A stretch of 61,505 nt of DNA from Alphaproteobacteria bacterium (GCA_035625915.1 DASPOR010000122.1:1-61505); one strand, 5' to 3'. Numbered from the stretch's first letter, positions 30,701-39,413 are shown. The notes: generated from the sequence alone by a model not told the origin. A program made the numbers and translations.

Positions 30701-31208
30701 TTGGCGCTTCCGCAGGGGCAACCTCGTCCACCGCCTTCTCGAAACATTGCCGAACCTGCCGCCCGAAGCCCGCCAAGGTGCCGCGGAGCGCTTTCTTGCG
30801 CGGCCCGTGCATAAGCTCGGTGAGATCGAACGAACCGAGATCGCGCGCGAAACGCTCGCCGTTCTGTCCGATCCTGCTTTTGCACCCCTTTTCGGTCCGG
30901 GCTCTCGCGCCGAAGTGCCGGTCGTCGGCACGATCGCTGGCCAGCGCGGGGACGAGATCATTTCAGGCCAAATCGATCGCCTTCTGGTCGGGGACCGGGA
31001 TGTCATAATCCTCGATTACAAGACGAACCGCCCCCCACCCGTCGAGGTCGGGGATGTCGCGGTCGTCTATCTCAGGCAGATGGCGGCATACCGCGCACTT
31101 TTGCGCGCGATCTACCCGCCCCGGCGTGTGCGCTGTGCCCTTCTCTGGACGGATGGCCCCCGCCTCATGCCGCTCCCAGACGCTGTGCTCGACCCTTACG
31201 CGCCTTGA
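27738..31208 (+). CDS. addA: Double-strand break repair helicase/nuclease AddA
   Basis: SASAGTGKT, CLTFTKAAAAEM, IDEAQDT, VGDAKQSIFSFQ, TVHGAKGLQAP, LYVAMTRA, GQIDRL, DYKT. Confidence 0.97.
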   Translation: MSTASAPLDPRKDQRLAADPAASVWVSASAGTGKTSVLTERVLSLLLAGTPPTRILCLTFTKAAAAEMANRIAIRLGAWASDSDAELDKMLDDLPQAKAEGDRRARARRLFAQVVDAPGRLKIMTIHAFCQSLLRRFPLEAGLSPHFEVMDERSAAELMARARDSLLARARSGGEDTLARALAEVTSHVAEEEFGALMADLVRERSRLSGGLDDAGGIEGAVSAVYCRLGLNSADTPAGILARAFADEAFDAAGLSAAAEALAAGTSTDRERGAKLAAWLAAPERRVNSFEAYRSIFLTKEGSIRAKLASKAVCDAAPHAEEALRAEALRLLDIEDRRNAAITATATAALLRLGAAMLDAYEHDKERANRLDYDDLIFKTRQLLEVPGAAWVLYKLDLGLDHILIDEAQDTNPDQWSIVAALAEEFFAGEGAKAETRTIFAVGDAKQSIFSFQRADPKAFDDMRRHFAERVKSAEQSWRSVDLEISFRSAPAILRAVDAVFAIEPASDGVAAPGSAIRHRAHREGHAGLVELWPAVAPRERPDFEPWSLPLARESVDSPAARLAALIAARIKRWIDGKEILESKNRPIEAGDIMVLVRRRDLFVEELVRALKTANVPVAGVDRMILTEQLAVMDLLALARFLLLPEDDLTLATVLKSPLVDLDETQLFELAYGRAPRTLWQSLIHRAGIDPAFAGAHAYLSTLLKRVDFVPPYELFAEILGNFGQPGESSGRERILARLGLEAEEPIDEFLAQSLLYERGHVPSLEGFLHWIEAGDGEIKRDPESGARAEVRMMTVHGAKGLQAPIVILPDTMQVPTQSPRLLWGEPDKDLFLWPPRRAHEGEVASKLRENANKRRDEEYRRLLYVAMTRAEDRLYVCGWRGVKEPVEGSWHNLVAKGLERIAEPFDFDCAGETAEGWSGRGWRLRSKQTAQPALSRREAGDPKSDEAMPRWTKRMPLAEPVPARPFAPSRPNEAEPPVRSPLGPDDGWRFRRGNLVHRLLETLPNLPPEARQGAAERFLARPVHKLGEIERTEIARETLAVLSDPAFAPLFGPGSRAEVPVVGTIAGQRGDEIISGQIDRLLVGDRDVIILDYKTNRPPPVEVGDVAVVYLRQMAAYRALLRAIYPPRRVRCALLWTDGPRLMPLPDAVLDPYAP

Positions 31209-31299
31209 CCTTGGACCAATCTCGACCCTAGATTCTTTTCACAACAAGGGCTTGGCGTAGGGGCGCTAGCTGGGTCCAACTCATTGAAAGGACTAATAA

Positions 31300-31620
31300 A
31301 TGACGACGACCAATGTTTCGGACAGTTCGTTTGAGGCCGATGTTCTCAAGGCTTCCGGCCCAGTGCTTGTGGACTTCTGGGCCGAGTGGTGCGGCCCCTG
31401 CAAGCAAATCGCGCCGGCACTCGAGGATCTGGCGAGGGATATGTCGGCCAAGATCAAGGTGGCCAAGCTCAATGTCGATGAGAATCCCAAGACCCCTCAG
31501 AAGTACGGCGTGAACGGGATTCCAATGCTCATGCTCTTCAAAGGCGGGCAAGTCGCGGCGATGAAGATGGGCACCCTCGCGAAGAGCAAGCTTTATGAAT
31601 GGGTGCAGTCGGTGCTTTGA
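31300..31620 (+). CDS. trxA: Thioredoxin
   Basis: VDFWAEWCGPCK; follows addA as is usual. Confidence 0.97.
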   Translation: MTTTNVSDSSFEADVLKASGPVLVDFWAEWCGPCKQIAPALEDLARDMSAKIKVAKLNVDENPKTPQKYGVNGIPMLMLFKGGQVAAMKMGTLAKSKLYEWVQSVL

Positions 31621-31647
31621 TCGGAGACTAATTCATTTTTGATTTGA

Positions 31648-31683
31648 GAAGACCCCGCCGGCGACGGCGGGGTCTTCGTTTTA
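31648..31683. terminator. Intrinsic terminator, probably bidirectional
   Basis: GAAGACCCCGCCG-gcga-CGGCGGGGTCTTC, perfect 13-bp stem followed by GTTTT, between convergent genes. Confidence 0.85.
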
Positions 31684-31758
31684 CGTAAGTGCTCCCTCTC
31701 CGCCGTGTGGTTGGCCCAATCGACCGCCCCCGCGCCATTCCGGCCGGCGGATCGTGAC

Positions 31759-33123
31759 CTACGCCGGAGGCAGCCCCGTTTCAAAGCAATAATAGAGCGT
31801 TTGGAATGCTTCGCGCAGGTCGAGGACGTCCTTCTTGACCACTTCCGGCTCTTCGCCACGCACGAGCACGCGCGCGATCAACTCGCCAATGGCCTCCATG
31901 TGTCGCTCCTTCATGCCGAGGCGCGTCACTTCGATGGTCCCCATGCGCAAGCCGCCGGGATAATCCCAGTTCTTGGGCTCGTCGTCGGGGATGAGGTTCT
32001 TGTTGACGATGAGATTTGCGCGTTCGAGCCGTCGCGCCGCCTCGAGCCCTCGGCCGAAACGGCGCGCGTCGGCAATCGCCTGATGCGTTTCGGTGAAGCC
32101 CTTGTGAGCGCCCAACATCGGAATGCCGCGTTCATCGAGTGCCTGCGCGAGCGCCTTTGCGTTCTTCACGATCTGCGCCATGAAAGGCTCCCCGTATGCG
32201 ACGGCTTCCGCCGCCGCGAGAGCGAGTGCAGCGACCCGGTTGACCTGATGTGTCGCCGCCCAGACGGGAAATACCGCCGTCGTCACGGCTTCGGCGATTT
32301 CCGGATCGTCCCACAAGATGATGCCCGATTGCGGGCCCGAAAATGTCTTGCCGGACGATCCCGTCATGATATCGGCGCCCTCGGCAAGCGGGTCTTGGAA
32401 CTGGCGGCCGCCGATCAGGCCGAGTTGGTGGGCCGCGTCGAAAAAGAGCCGTCCGCCCCACTCACCGATCATTTGCTTCATTTCGGCGACCGGCTGGTGG
32501 AAGAGGGTCATCGAAAGCCCGAGGGCGATAAGTTTCGGGCGCACGAGGGGGGCAGAGACGCGGAATGCATCGAGATCGACGACGAGTTCCTTCGGATCGA
32601 ATGGGATATCGACGATCTTGCGGCCCATGGCGCCAGCCGGCCCGTCGATCCTATTCGAAGAATGTCCGCCGACCGGCTGTGCCGCCGACATGATGATGTC
32701 CCCGGGTGCAGTCAGTGCCGTGTAGACGACGGCATTTCCGATCATGGACGCGCACATCCGGTGATCGGCGTAATTGCACCGGAAATAGCGTTTCAGGAGC
32801 TCGACGCAAAGCGCTTCAAGCTCGTCGATATGCTTTGTCCCGGCAAACCAGCGATTGACCGGGCCGATATGGCCTTCGGCCGCCCGGGTTCCGATCTCGC
32901 TCGCGAGAATGGCGCGGACCGACGGGCTCGTCGGCGCCTCGGGGGCGAGGAGGTTGATGCATTGCTCGCCGCGCCAGCGCGCGTTGCGTTTTACCGCCGC
33001 CTTGACGGCGTCACCCATCTCGCGCGCGTCGGCGCACGCGTCGAGAACGGCACGCGCTGCGGCCAAGGCGCCAGGGTCGTGTATTTCGATGCGGTTTGCA
33101 GCGGCTCCCGTGTCTCGGGCCAT
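31759..33123 (-). CDS. Divergent serine hydroxymethyltransferase-fold PLP enzyme
   Basis: INLLAPE, AAEG, GGHSS, FDAAHQLGLI, SSGKTFSGPQ (PLP Lys), NKN, GLRMGT; several canonical GlyA residues are substituted. Confidence 0.85.
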   Translation of the reverse strand: MARDTGAAANRIEIHDPGALAAARAVLDACADAREMGDAVKAAVKRNARWRGEQCINLLAPEAPTSPSVRAILASEIGTRAAEGHIGPVNRWFAGTKHIDELEALCVELLKRYFRCNYADHRMCASMIGNAVVYTALTAPGDIIMSAAQPVGGHSSNRIDGPAGAMGRKIVDIPFDPKELVVDLDAFRVSAPLVRPKLIALGLSMTLFHQPVAEMKQMIGEWGGRLFFDAAHQLGLIGGRQFQDPLAEGADIMTGSSGKTFSGPQSGIILWDDPEIAEAVTTAVFPVWAATHQVNRVAALALAAAEAVAYGEPFMAQIVKNAKALAQALDERGIPMLGAHKGFTETHQAIADARRFGRGLEAARRLERANLIVNKNLIPDDEPKNWDYPGGLRMGTIEVTRLGMKERHMEAIGELIARVLVRGEEPEVVKKDVLDLREAFQTLYYCFETGLPPA

Positions 33124-33174
33124 ATCGCTCCTCCTGTGTCTCGAGCGTCGAAAGTTTAGTGCGAAATCAAAATA

Positions 33175-33186
33175 AAGAAATTTCTT
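33175..33186. promoter_or_regulatory. AT-rich palindrome, candidate Lrp/AsnC operator
   Basis: AAGAAATTTCTT perfect palindrome in the AT-rich divergent promoter region. Confidence 0.45.
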
Positions 33187-33253
33187 ATTATCATTTCATT
33201 CTTTTCATGGTGAAATAGGTGAAGGTGGTCTTCGCGAAATTTAAGGAAAGATC

Positions 33254-33760
33254 ATGGTCGAAGCCAAACGCAAGCGCGCCGACCCGGTTGCGGCACAACC
33301 CGTCGAGCTCGACGCCATCGACCGCAAGATCCTCGCGATCCTCCAAGAGGACAATCAAGTCACCAATCTTACGCTCGCCGAACGTGTCGGGCTTTCGCCC
33401 CCGCCATGTTTGCGGCGCGTGCGGCGTCTGCGGGACCTTGGCGTCATCGAGCGGGACGTTGCATTGGTCGATCCCGCGAAGGTCGGCCAAAGCATTATTG
33501 CCTTCGTCGGTGTCGAGCTGGACCGGCAACGCGCCGACGCGCTGACCGGTTTCGAGCACAAAATTTCCGCGGAGCCGGAGGTGCAACAATGCTATTTCGT
33601 GTCGGGTGAGATCGACTACCTCCTCGTCGTCACCTGCCCTGACATCGATAGCTACAACGGCTTTGCCCGGCGCGTGCTTGCGAGCGAGCACAATATAAAG
33701 CGGTTCCGAACGAGTTTTTGTCTCTCGCGCGTCAAGTATGCAACCGCAATTCCGTTGTGA
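33254..33760 (+). CDS. Lrp/AsnC family transcriptional regulator
   Basis: LDAIDRKIL..LQED, LAERVGLSPPPCLRRVRRL, SGEIDYLL, FRTSF. Confidence 0.94.
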   Translation: MVEAKRKRADPVAAQPVELDAIDRKILAILQEDNQVTNLTLAERVGLSPPPCLRRVRRLRDLGVIERDVALVDPAKVGQSIIAFVGVELDRQRADALTGFEHKISAEPEVQQCYFVSGEIDYLLVVTCPDIDSYNGFARRVLASEHNIKRFRTSFCLSRVKYATAIPL

Positions 33761-33767
33761 TCGTGGT

Positions 33768-33797
33768 TTTCGTGCGATCGTTCATTCGATCGCGAAA
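33768..33797. terminator. Hairpin between the convergent Lrp and folC genes
   Basis: GCGATCG-ttcatt-CGATCGC, extendable by TTTCG/CGAAA. Confidence 0.5.
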
Positions 33798-33832
33798 TGA
33801 TGCAGCAGCACGGTAGGGTAGGCCCAAGGGCG

Positions 33833-35125
33833 TCATCCGTTTTCAGCCAGCACCTTGCCGGCGAGATAGAGCGAGCCGCAGATGAGAATTCTGCTTGGCC
33901 TGTCGAGTGTGGCGACAAGCTCGCGCACCGCGGCGTCGACGGTGTCGGCGACCTCGGCCCGATGGCCCGCCGCGCGAGCGTAGGCGCACGCTTCTTCCGC
34001 GGGCAGGCTATTGACCTCGCCGGGAATCGTCACGGCGCGAAGGGCTGTGGAATAGGGCGCCAACGGGGCGAGGAAATGTGCGGCGTCCTTCGTCTTGAGC
34101 ATGCCGTAGACGAGTGCCAGCGGCTTATCGGTCCATTGCGACGCCTGGGCTGCAAGAATCTCGCCCGCCGCGGCATTGTGCCCGCCGTCGAGCCACAGCT
34201 CCCATGCCGGTTCAGGCAACAGGTTCCGCAGCGGTCCTAGCACCAACCTTTGCAGACGCGCTGGCCACTCCACATTGGCAAGACCGGCCTTTAGATGCGC
34301 GGGTGTCATATGGAATCCCTCGAGTCTTTCCGCCGCAGCGATTGAAACGCCCGCATTGAAGATTTGATGGGCGCCGAGAAGTGCCGGCCGCGGCAAATCG
34401 AGCCGCCAGCGCTGCCCCTCGTAGCGTATGCCCGAGGAAGTCGGATCGACCCGCCACTCAACGCCGAATCGATAGAGCGGCGTTCCAAGGCGCTCAGCCT
34501 GTGCCTCGATGACGCCCATCGCACCCGGCAATTGCGGCCCGATCGCCGCCACCACTCCCGGGCGCAGGATGCCGGCCTTCTCGAACGCGATTGCTTCCAG
34601 TGTGTTGCCGAGAAATTGCGTGTGGTCGATCGAGACCGGCGTAATTGCCGAAACCGCGGGACGTTTTACGACGTTCGTTGCGTCGAGCCGCCCGCCGAGC
34701 CCGACTTCAAGGAGCAGTACGTCGGCTTCCTCGCGTGCAAATGCAAGGAAGGCGGCGGCCGTCGTGATTTCGAAGAAGGTGATCGGCTCGCCGCCATTGA
34801 CGCGCTCGCATTCCTCGAGGAGGGCCGTGAGCTCGTCATCGCTGACGAGACCGCGCGACAACCGAATGCGCTCGGCGAAGCGCACGAGATGCGGCGAGGT
34901 GTAAACCTGCACGCGACAGCCAGCTGCCTCGAGGAAGGCTCGCATATAGGCAACCGTGGACCCCTTCCCGTTCGTACCGGCGACATGGACGGCAGGTGCA
35001 AGCCGATTCTCGGGATGGCCAAGGCGGTCGAGCAGACGTTCGATGCGTCCGAGCGAGAGATCGATCGCTTTCGGATGAAGTGCGAGGAGCCGCTCCAGGA
35101 CAAGGTCACTCGGCTGGGGCTGCAC
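33833..35125 (-). CDS. folC: Folylpolyglutamate synthase/dihydrofolate synthase
   Basis: HVAGTNGKGS, YTSPHLVRF.ERI, EVGLGGRLDATN, LDGGHN, CGSLYLAG. Confidence 0.97.
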   Translation of the reverse strand: MQPQPSDLVLERLLALHPKAIDLSLGRIERLLDRLGHPENRLAPAVHVAGTNGKGSTVAYMRAFLEAAGCRVQVYTSPHLVRFAERIRLSRGLVSDDELTALLEECERVNGGEPITFFEITTAAAFLAFAREEADVLLLEVGLGGRLDATNVVKRPAVSAITPVSIDHTQFLGNTLEAIAFEKAGILRPGVVAAIGPQLPGAMGVIEAQAERLGTPLYRFGVEWRVDPTSSGIRYEGQRWRLDLPRPALLGAHQIFNAGVSIAAAERLEGFHMTPAHLKAGLANVEWPARLQRLVLGPLRNLLPEPAWELWLDGGHNAAAGEILAAQASQWTDKPLALVYGMLKTKDAAHFLAPLAPYSTALRAVTIPGEVNSLPAEEACAYARAAGHRAEVADTVDAAVRELVATLDRPSRILICGSLYLAGKVLAENG

Positions 35126-36020
35126 CTTTTCCCACCTGGGGCTTGTTCAGGGCGACAACGGGTGCTGCCGGCTGGCGATTCATGAGCAGGCCTAGCACCC
35201 GCAAGATGGTGTCCCGCAGCTCGCGGCGGTGTACGACCATGTCCACCATGCCGTGCTCCAGGAGATATTCGGCGCGCTGGAAGCCTTCAGGTAGCTTCTC
35301 TTTGATGGTTTCCTCGATCACCCGTGCGCCCGCAAATCCAATCACGGCCCCCGGCTCGGCGATCTGCACGTCCCCAAGCATTGCGAAGGAGGCGGAAACG
35401 CCGCCGGTCGTCGGATCGGTGAGCACAACGATGTAGGGCAGGTTCGCCTCGCGCACCTGCTCGATCGCAATCACCGTGCGCGGCATCTGCATGAGCGAGA
35501 GGATGCCTTCTTGCATTCGCGCCCCGCCCGAGGCCGGTACCACGACGAGTGCGGCTTGCTGAAGGACCGCAAGTCGCCCCGCGGCGACGATCGCCTCGCC
35601 AGCCGCAACGCCCATCGACCCACCCTGGAAGTCGAATTCGAACGCCGCGACGACAACGGGCAAACCGCCCATGCGACCGTGCGCCACGACGAGCGCATCG
35701 CCGAGGCCGGTCTTGGTCTGCGCCTCCTTCAGGCGGTCGCCATAACGTTTGCGATCGCGGAACTTCAATGGATCGAGCACGGTCTTCGGCAGCTCGATCT
35801 TGTGATACTGGCCACCGTCGAGCAGCATCTCGATTCGCTTCTCGGCGGAGAGTCGCATGTGATATTCGCAATGGGGACATACCGCGAGATTGCTTTCAAG
35901 CTCGCGGTGGAAAATCATCTGTCCGCATTTGGGGCATTTGTGCCAGAGCTTGTCGGGTACGTCCGTTTTCTGGACGAGGGCGCGGATGCGCGGACGGACG
36001 AAATTGGTAAGCCAGTTCAC
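35106..36020 (-). CDS. accD: Acetyl-CoA carboxylase carboxyltransferase beta subunit
   Basis: Zn finger CPKC...CPHC, GGSMG, SGGARMQEG, DPTTGGVSASFA, GFQRAEYL. Confidence 0.97.
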   Translation of the reverse strand: MNWLTNFVRPRIRALVQKTDVPDKLWHKCPKCGQMIFHRELESNLAVCPHCEYHMRLSAEKRIEMLLDGGQYHKIELPKTVLDPLKFRDRKRYGDRLKEAQTKTGLGDALVVAHGRMGGLPVVVAAFEFDFQGGSMGVAAGEAIVAAGRLAVLQQAALVVVPASGGARMQEGILSLMQMPRTVIAIEQVREANLPYIVVLTDPTTGGVSASFAMLGDVQIAEPGAVIGFAGARVIEETIKEKLPEGFQRAEYLLEHGMVDMVVHRRELRDTILRVLGLLMNRQPAAPVVALNKPQVGKGAAPAE

Positions 36021-36874
36021 GGTGCCCCTCTCCCTGCCTCGCGGGTGCGCTCGACGCCGGCACTCAGGCGGCGGACGAAATCGAGCGCTTCGGGCACGAG
36101 CCGCCGCGTGGCGCGGCCGCTGCCGTCGAGGCCGGCCGCGATCTTTTCGACGAGTGCCGAACCGACCACCGCTGCATCCGCGACCCGTGCGAAATTCGCT
36201 ACGTCTTCGGGCGTCTTGATGCCGAAACCGACGGCGACCGGCAACTTCGTCCTTGTCTTGATTCGTGAAACCGCGCTCTCGACGGCGCCGATCGCCGCCG
36301 TGCGAGTGCCGGTAATCCCAGTGATCGCGATGTAGTAGACGAACCCGCTTGCATCCCGCAGCAGGGTCGCGAGCCGGGCGTCGTCGGTCGTGGGGGCGAC
36401 AAGGCGGATGAAGGCAATTCCTTCCGCTTCGGCGAGCGGTCGTAGCTCCTCGTCCTCCTCGGGCGGAAGATCGACGACGATCAGGCCGTCAACGCCGGCC
36501 GCGGCCGCGTCGCGCACGAAGGCCACGGGGCCATAGCGATAAATCGGGTTGTAATAGCCCATGAGCACGACCGGTGTCTCCGGGTCGCCTGCTCGAAAGG
36601 CGCTTGCAAGACCCAAGGTCTCACACATGTTGGCGCCGGCTTTGAGTGCGCGCTGGCTGGCGGCCTGGATCGCAGGGCCATCCGCCATCGGATCGGAGAA
36701 GGGCATGCCGAGTTCGATCAAATCGGCACCGGCGCTGGGCAAACCCTTGACGAGTTCCAGGGAGGTCTTGGGATCGGGATCGCCTGCGGTCACGAACGCG
36801 ACAAGCCCCGCACGCCGCTCCGCGGCGAGGGCGGCAAAGCGCCGTGCGATACGGTTCTCGGGCCGCTTTGTCAC
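36017..36874 (-). CDS. trpA: Tryptophan synthase alpha chain
   Basis: [42 protein letters not shown]; GTG start overlapping the trpB stop. Confidence 0.96.
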   Translation of the reverse strand: MTKRPENRIARRFAALAAERRAGLVAFVTAGDPDPKTSLELVKGLPSAGADLIELGMPFSDPMADGPAIQAASQRALKAGANMCETLGLASAFRAGDPETPVVLMGYYNPIYRYGPVAFVRDAAAAGVDGLIVVDLPPEEDEELRPLAEAEGIAFIRLVAPTTDDARLATLLRDASGFVYYIAITGITGTRTAAIGAVESAVSRIKTRTKLPVAVGFGIKTPEDVANFARVADAAVVGSALVEKIAAGLDGSGRATRRLVPEALDFVRRLSAGVERTREAGRGAP

Positions 36875-38106
36875 AGCGCTGCGCCGAGCGTCTGGGCGAC
36901 CGTGAAGATGTCCTTGTCGCCGCGCCCGGAAAAGCACACGACGATCAGATGATCCGGCGAAAGCGTGGGAGCGATCTTGGCGATATGCGCAAGCGCGTGC
37001 GCGGTCTCGAGGGCGGGAATGATGCCTTCGAGTTTGGTGCAAAGCTGGAACGCATCGAGCGCCTCCCGATCGGTCACGGAGACATATTCAACGCGGCCTG
37101 CATCCTTGAGCCAGGCGTGCTCAGGCCCAACGCCCGGGTAATCGAGCCCGGCGGAAATCGAATGCGCCTCGTGGATCTGGCCGTCCTTACTCTGCAGAAG
37201 ATAGGTTCGGCTGCCATGCAGGACGCCGGGTTGTCCGGCGGTGAGGGTTGCGGCGTGGAGTCCGGTCTCGACCCCTTTGCCCGCCGCTTCGACACCGATG
37301 ATGCGCACGCCGGTATCGTCGAGGAAGGGGTGGAAGAGTCCCATCGCGTTCGAGCCTCCGCCCACGCACGCGACAAGCGTGCCGGGAAGCCGACCTTCGA
37401 CCGTCATTAACTGCGTGCGGACCTCCTCGCCGATCACCGTTTGGAAATCGCGCACGAGCGTCGGGTAGGGGTGCGGTCCGGCGACCGATCCGATGATGTA
37501 GTAGGTGTCATCGACATGGGCGACCCAATCGCGTAACGCCTCGTTCATGGCGTCCTTGAGCGTGGCCGAGCCGGACGTGACCGACTTCACTTCCGCACCC
37601 AAGAGACGCATGCGAAACACATTGGGTTTCTGCCGCTCGACATCGACCGCACCCATGTAGACCGTGCACGGCAAGCCGAAGAGTGCTGCGACGGTTGCTG
37701 CCGCGACGCCATGCTGGCCAGCGCCGGTCTCCGCAAGGATGCGCTTCTTGCCCATGCGGCGCGCAAGCAGGATTTGGCCGACGCAGTTGTTGATCTTGTG
37801 CGCACCCGTATGGTTCAGATCCTCGCGCTTGAGATAGATCTTGGCGCCGCCGAAGCGTTCCGTCAGGCGTGCTGCAAAGGTTAGCGCACTTGGCCTTCCG
37901 ACATAGTCCGAGAGATAGCCTTTGAGTTCGGCCTGGAAGGCGGCATCGGCTTTGGCCGCGGCGTAGGCCCGTTCGAGCTCGTGCAAGAGGGGCATGAGCG
38001 TTTCGGCAGCGAAACGACCGCCGTAATCGCCGAAGTGCCCGCGCTCATCAGGGCCGGCGCGATAGGTGTTGGCGCCCTCGCGGGCCTTCGTCCTCGGCTG
38101 GCTCAT
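36871..38106 (-). CDS. trpB: Tryptophan synthase beta chain
   Basis: [52 protein letters not shown]; start placed at ATG 38106. Confidence 0.97.
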   Translation of the reverse strand: MSQPRTKAREGANTYRAGPDERGHFGDYGGRFAAETLMPLLHELERAYAAAKADAAFQAELKGYLSDYVGRPSALTFAARLTERFGGAKIYLKREDLNHTGAHKINNCVGQILLARRMGKKRILAETGAGQHGVAAATVAALFGLPCTVYMGAVDVERQKPNVFRMRLLGAEVKSVTSGSATLKDAMNEALRDWVAHVDDTYYIIGSVAGPHPYPTLVRDFQTVIGEEVRTQLMTVEGRLPGTLVACVGGGSNAMGLFHPFLDDTGVRIIGVEAAGKGVETGLHAATLTAGQPGVLHGSRTYLLQSKDGQIHEAHSISAGLDYPGVGPEHAWLKDAGRVEYVSVTDREALDAFQLCTKLEGIIPALETAHALAHIAKIAPTLSPDHLIVVCFSGRGDKDIFTVAQTLGAAL

Positions 38107-38190
38107 GACGCTTGTTGTGACCCTTTCCGGCCGGGGAATGAACCACATAGGCCCGCAAAGGTCAAAGCGGAAGGACGGGACCCAAAATCT

Positions 38191-38379
38191 TAGGAACTTC
38201 AAATCCGACACACTCGTGTGGCGAACCCGAAATTCGCCCTATCCGGGTGCGGGACCGTGAGCGATTTTCGGATTCAAAGCCACACGAGGAATATAATGTA
38301 TCGAGTGTGGTATTCGGGTTTGAAGTTCCTAAACGTGGATGCCACCTAAATGACAGGAACTTCAAATCCGCCACACTAG
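38191..38379. repeat. Cluster of palindromic elements: half unit 38191-38216, unit 38213-38288, unit 38302-38379
   Basis: TAGGAACTTCAAATCCG arms at 38191, 38314-38331 (reverse complement) and 38355; a second arm type CTCGTGTGGCGAACCCGAAATTCGC / GCGATTTTCGGATTCAAAGCCACACGAG. Ends are CTCG/CGAG/CTAG. Confidence 0.85.
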
Positions 38380-38431
38380 AATTGAATCACGAGCGCCTTT
38401 TTCGGCCGCCGAAGTCAGCGCAGGAATCGCA

Positions 38432-38893
38432 ATGTCCGCACCCCTGACAATTCGCCCCATCGCCCACACCGATTTCGCAGAGTGGCTGCCGCTTTGGGAC
38501 GGCTACAACGAATTTTACGGCCGCTCGGGCAAGACTGCCCTTGCCAAGGAGATTACGCAAATGACCTGGGCACGGTTCTTCGACGCCTACGAGCCGGTGC
38601 ACGCGCTTGTCGCCGAATCCGGTGGGCGGCTCCTCGGTCTGACGCATTACCTCTTTCATCGCAGCACGATCATGCTCGGCCCCACCTGCTATTTGCAGGA
38701 CCTCTTCACGAGCAAGGAGGCGCGGGGAAAAGGGGTCGGCCGTGCGCTGATCGAAGGTGTTTATGAACGCGCGAGAATTGCCGGCTCGAAGGTTGTCTAT
38801 TGGCAGACCCACGAGACCAACCTGACGGCGATGCAGCTCTACGACAAGGTCGCCGCGCGCTCGGGCTTCGTCGTTTACCGGAAGGCGCTCTGA
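38432..38893 (+). CDS. GNAT family N-acetyltransferase
   Basis: WLPLWDGYNEFY, CYLQDLFT...RGKGVGRALI, VYWQTHETN; common PhnO/SSAT-like GNAT type. Confidence 0.92.
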   Translation: MSAPLTIRPIAHTDFAEWLPLWDGYNEFYGRSGKTALAKEITQMTWARFFDAYEPVHALVAESGGRLLGLTHYLFHRSTIMLGPTCYLQDLFTSKEARGKGVGRALIEGVYERARIAGSKVVYWQTHETNLTAMQLYDKVAARSGFVVYRKAL

Positions 38894-38935
38894 CGGCGAA
38901 TTCCTCCGGGGCTCCGATGTCGTCGAACTTCGAGG

Positions 38936-39403
38936 CTACCGAACCGGCTTCGACATATAGACCGTCTGCGAGCCCTTGTACGGCTCCCGGTGGGTCTCAC
39001 GAAAGCCGATCCGTTCATAGAGCGCGATGTTTTCCGTGAAATGGTCGTTCGTGTAAAGCCGTAGCTCACGATAGGCCTGCCGGCGCGTCTCCTCTTCCGC
39101 GAATGCCATCAACATTCGCCCGAGGCCGCTCGACTGCCGAGACGGATCGACGGCGATATTTTCGACAAGGAGATGATCTGGTTCCGGGATCAACTCCAAT
39201 ACCGCGATGATCGCTCCTTTTTCCTCGACGAGCCAAAACTGGTGCGCAGCGATCCGATGCGAATAATCGACGGTCATGGGTTTGGGCTCCCGCCCGATGC
39301 GTGCCACATACTTGCCGTAGGCGGTACGGACGAGGGACGTAACCGGTCCCGCATCTTCGGCGCCCGCCCGGCGCAGGCCGGGGATGGAATGGCTTTCCTT
39401 CAT
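38936..39403 (-). CDS. GNAT family N-acetyltransferase
   Basis: AYGKYVARIGREPKPMTVDY, ENIAVDP..QSSGLGR.LM, LYTN..FTENIALYERIGF. Confidence 0.9.
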   Translation of the reverse strand: MKESHSIPGLRRAGAEDAGPVTSLVRTAYGKYVARIGREPKPMTVDYSHRIAAHQFWLVEEKGAIIAVLELIPEPDHLLVENIAVDPSRQSSGLGRMLMAFAEEETRRQAYRELRLYTNDHFTENIALYERIGFRETHREPYKGSQTVYMSKPVR

Positions 39404-39413
39404 GGCCGTTCGA

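Noticed and set aside
33170-33189. Second SahR site before the SHMT-like gene
   Set aside because: Only the left half resembles the ahcY palindrome (11/12); the right half does not, and AT-richness can explain the match.
38107-38211. 35-aa N-terminal extension of TrpB (MSDLKFL...) in the ORF track
   Set aside because: The upstream start lies inside the palindromic repeat; TrpB homology begins after ATG 38106.
38191-38379. Repeat cluster as a CRISPR array
   Set aside because: Repeats alternate in orientation and form hairpin units; there are no regular unique spacers and no cas genes.
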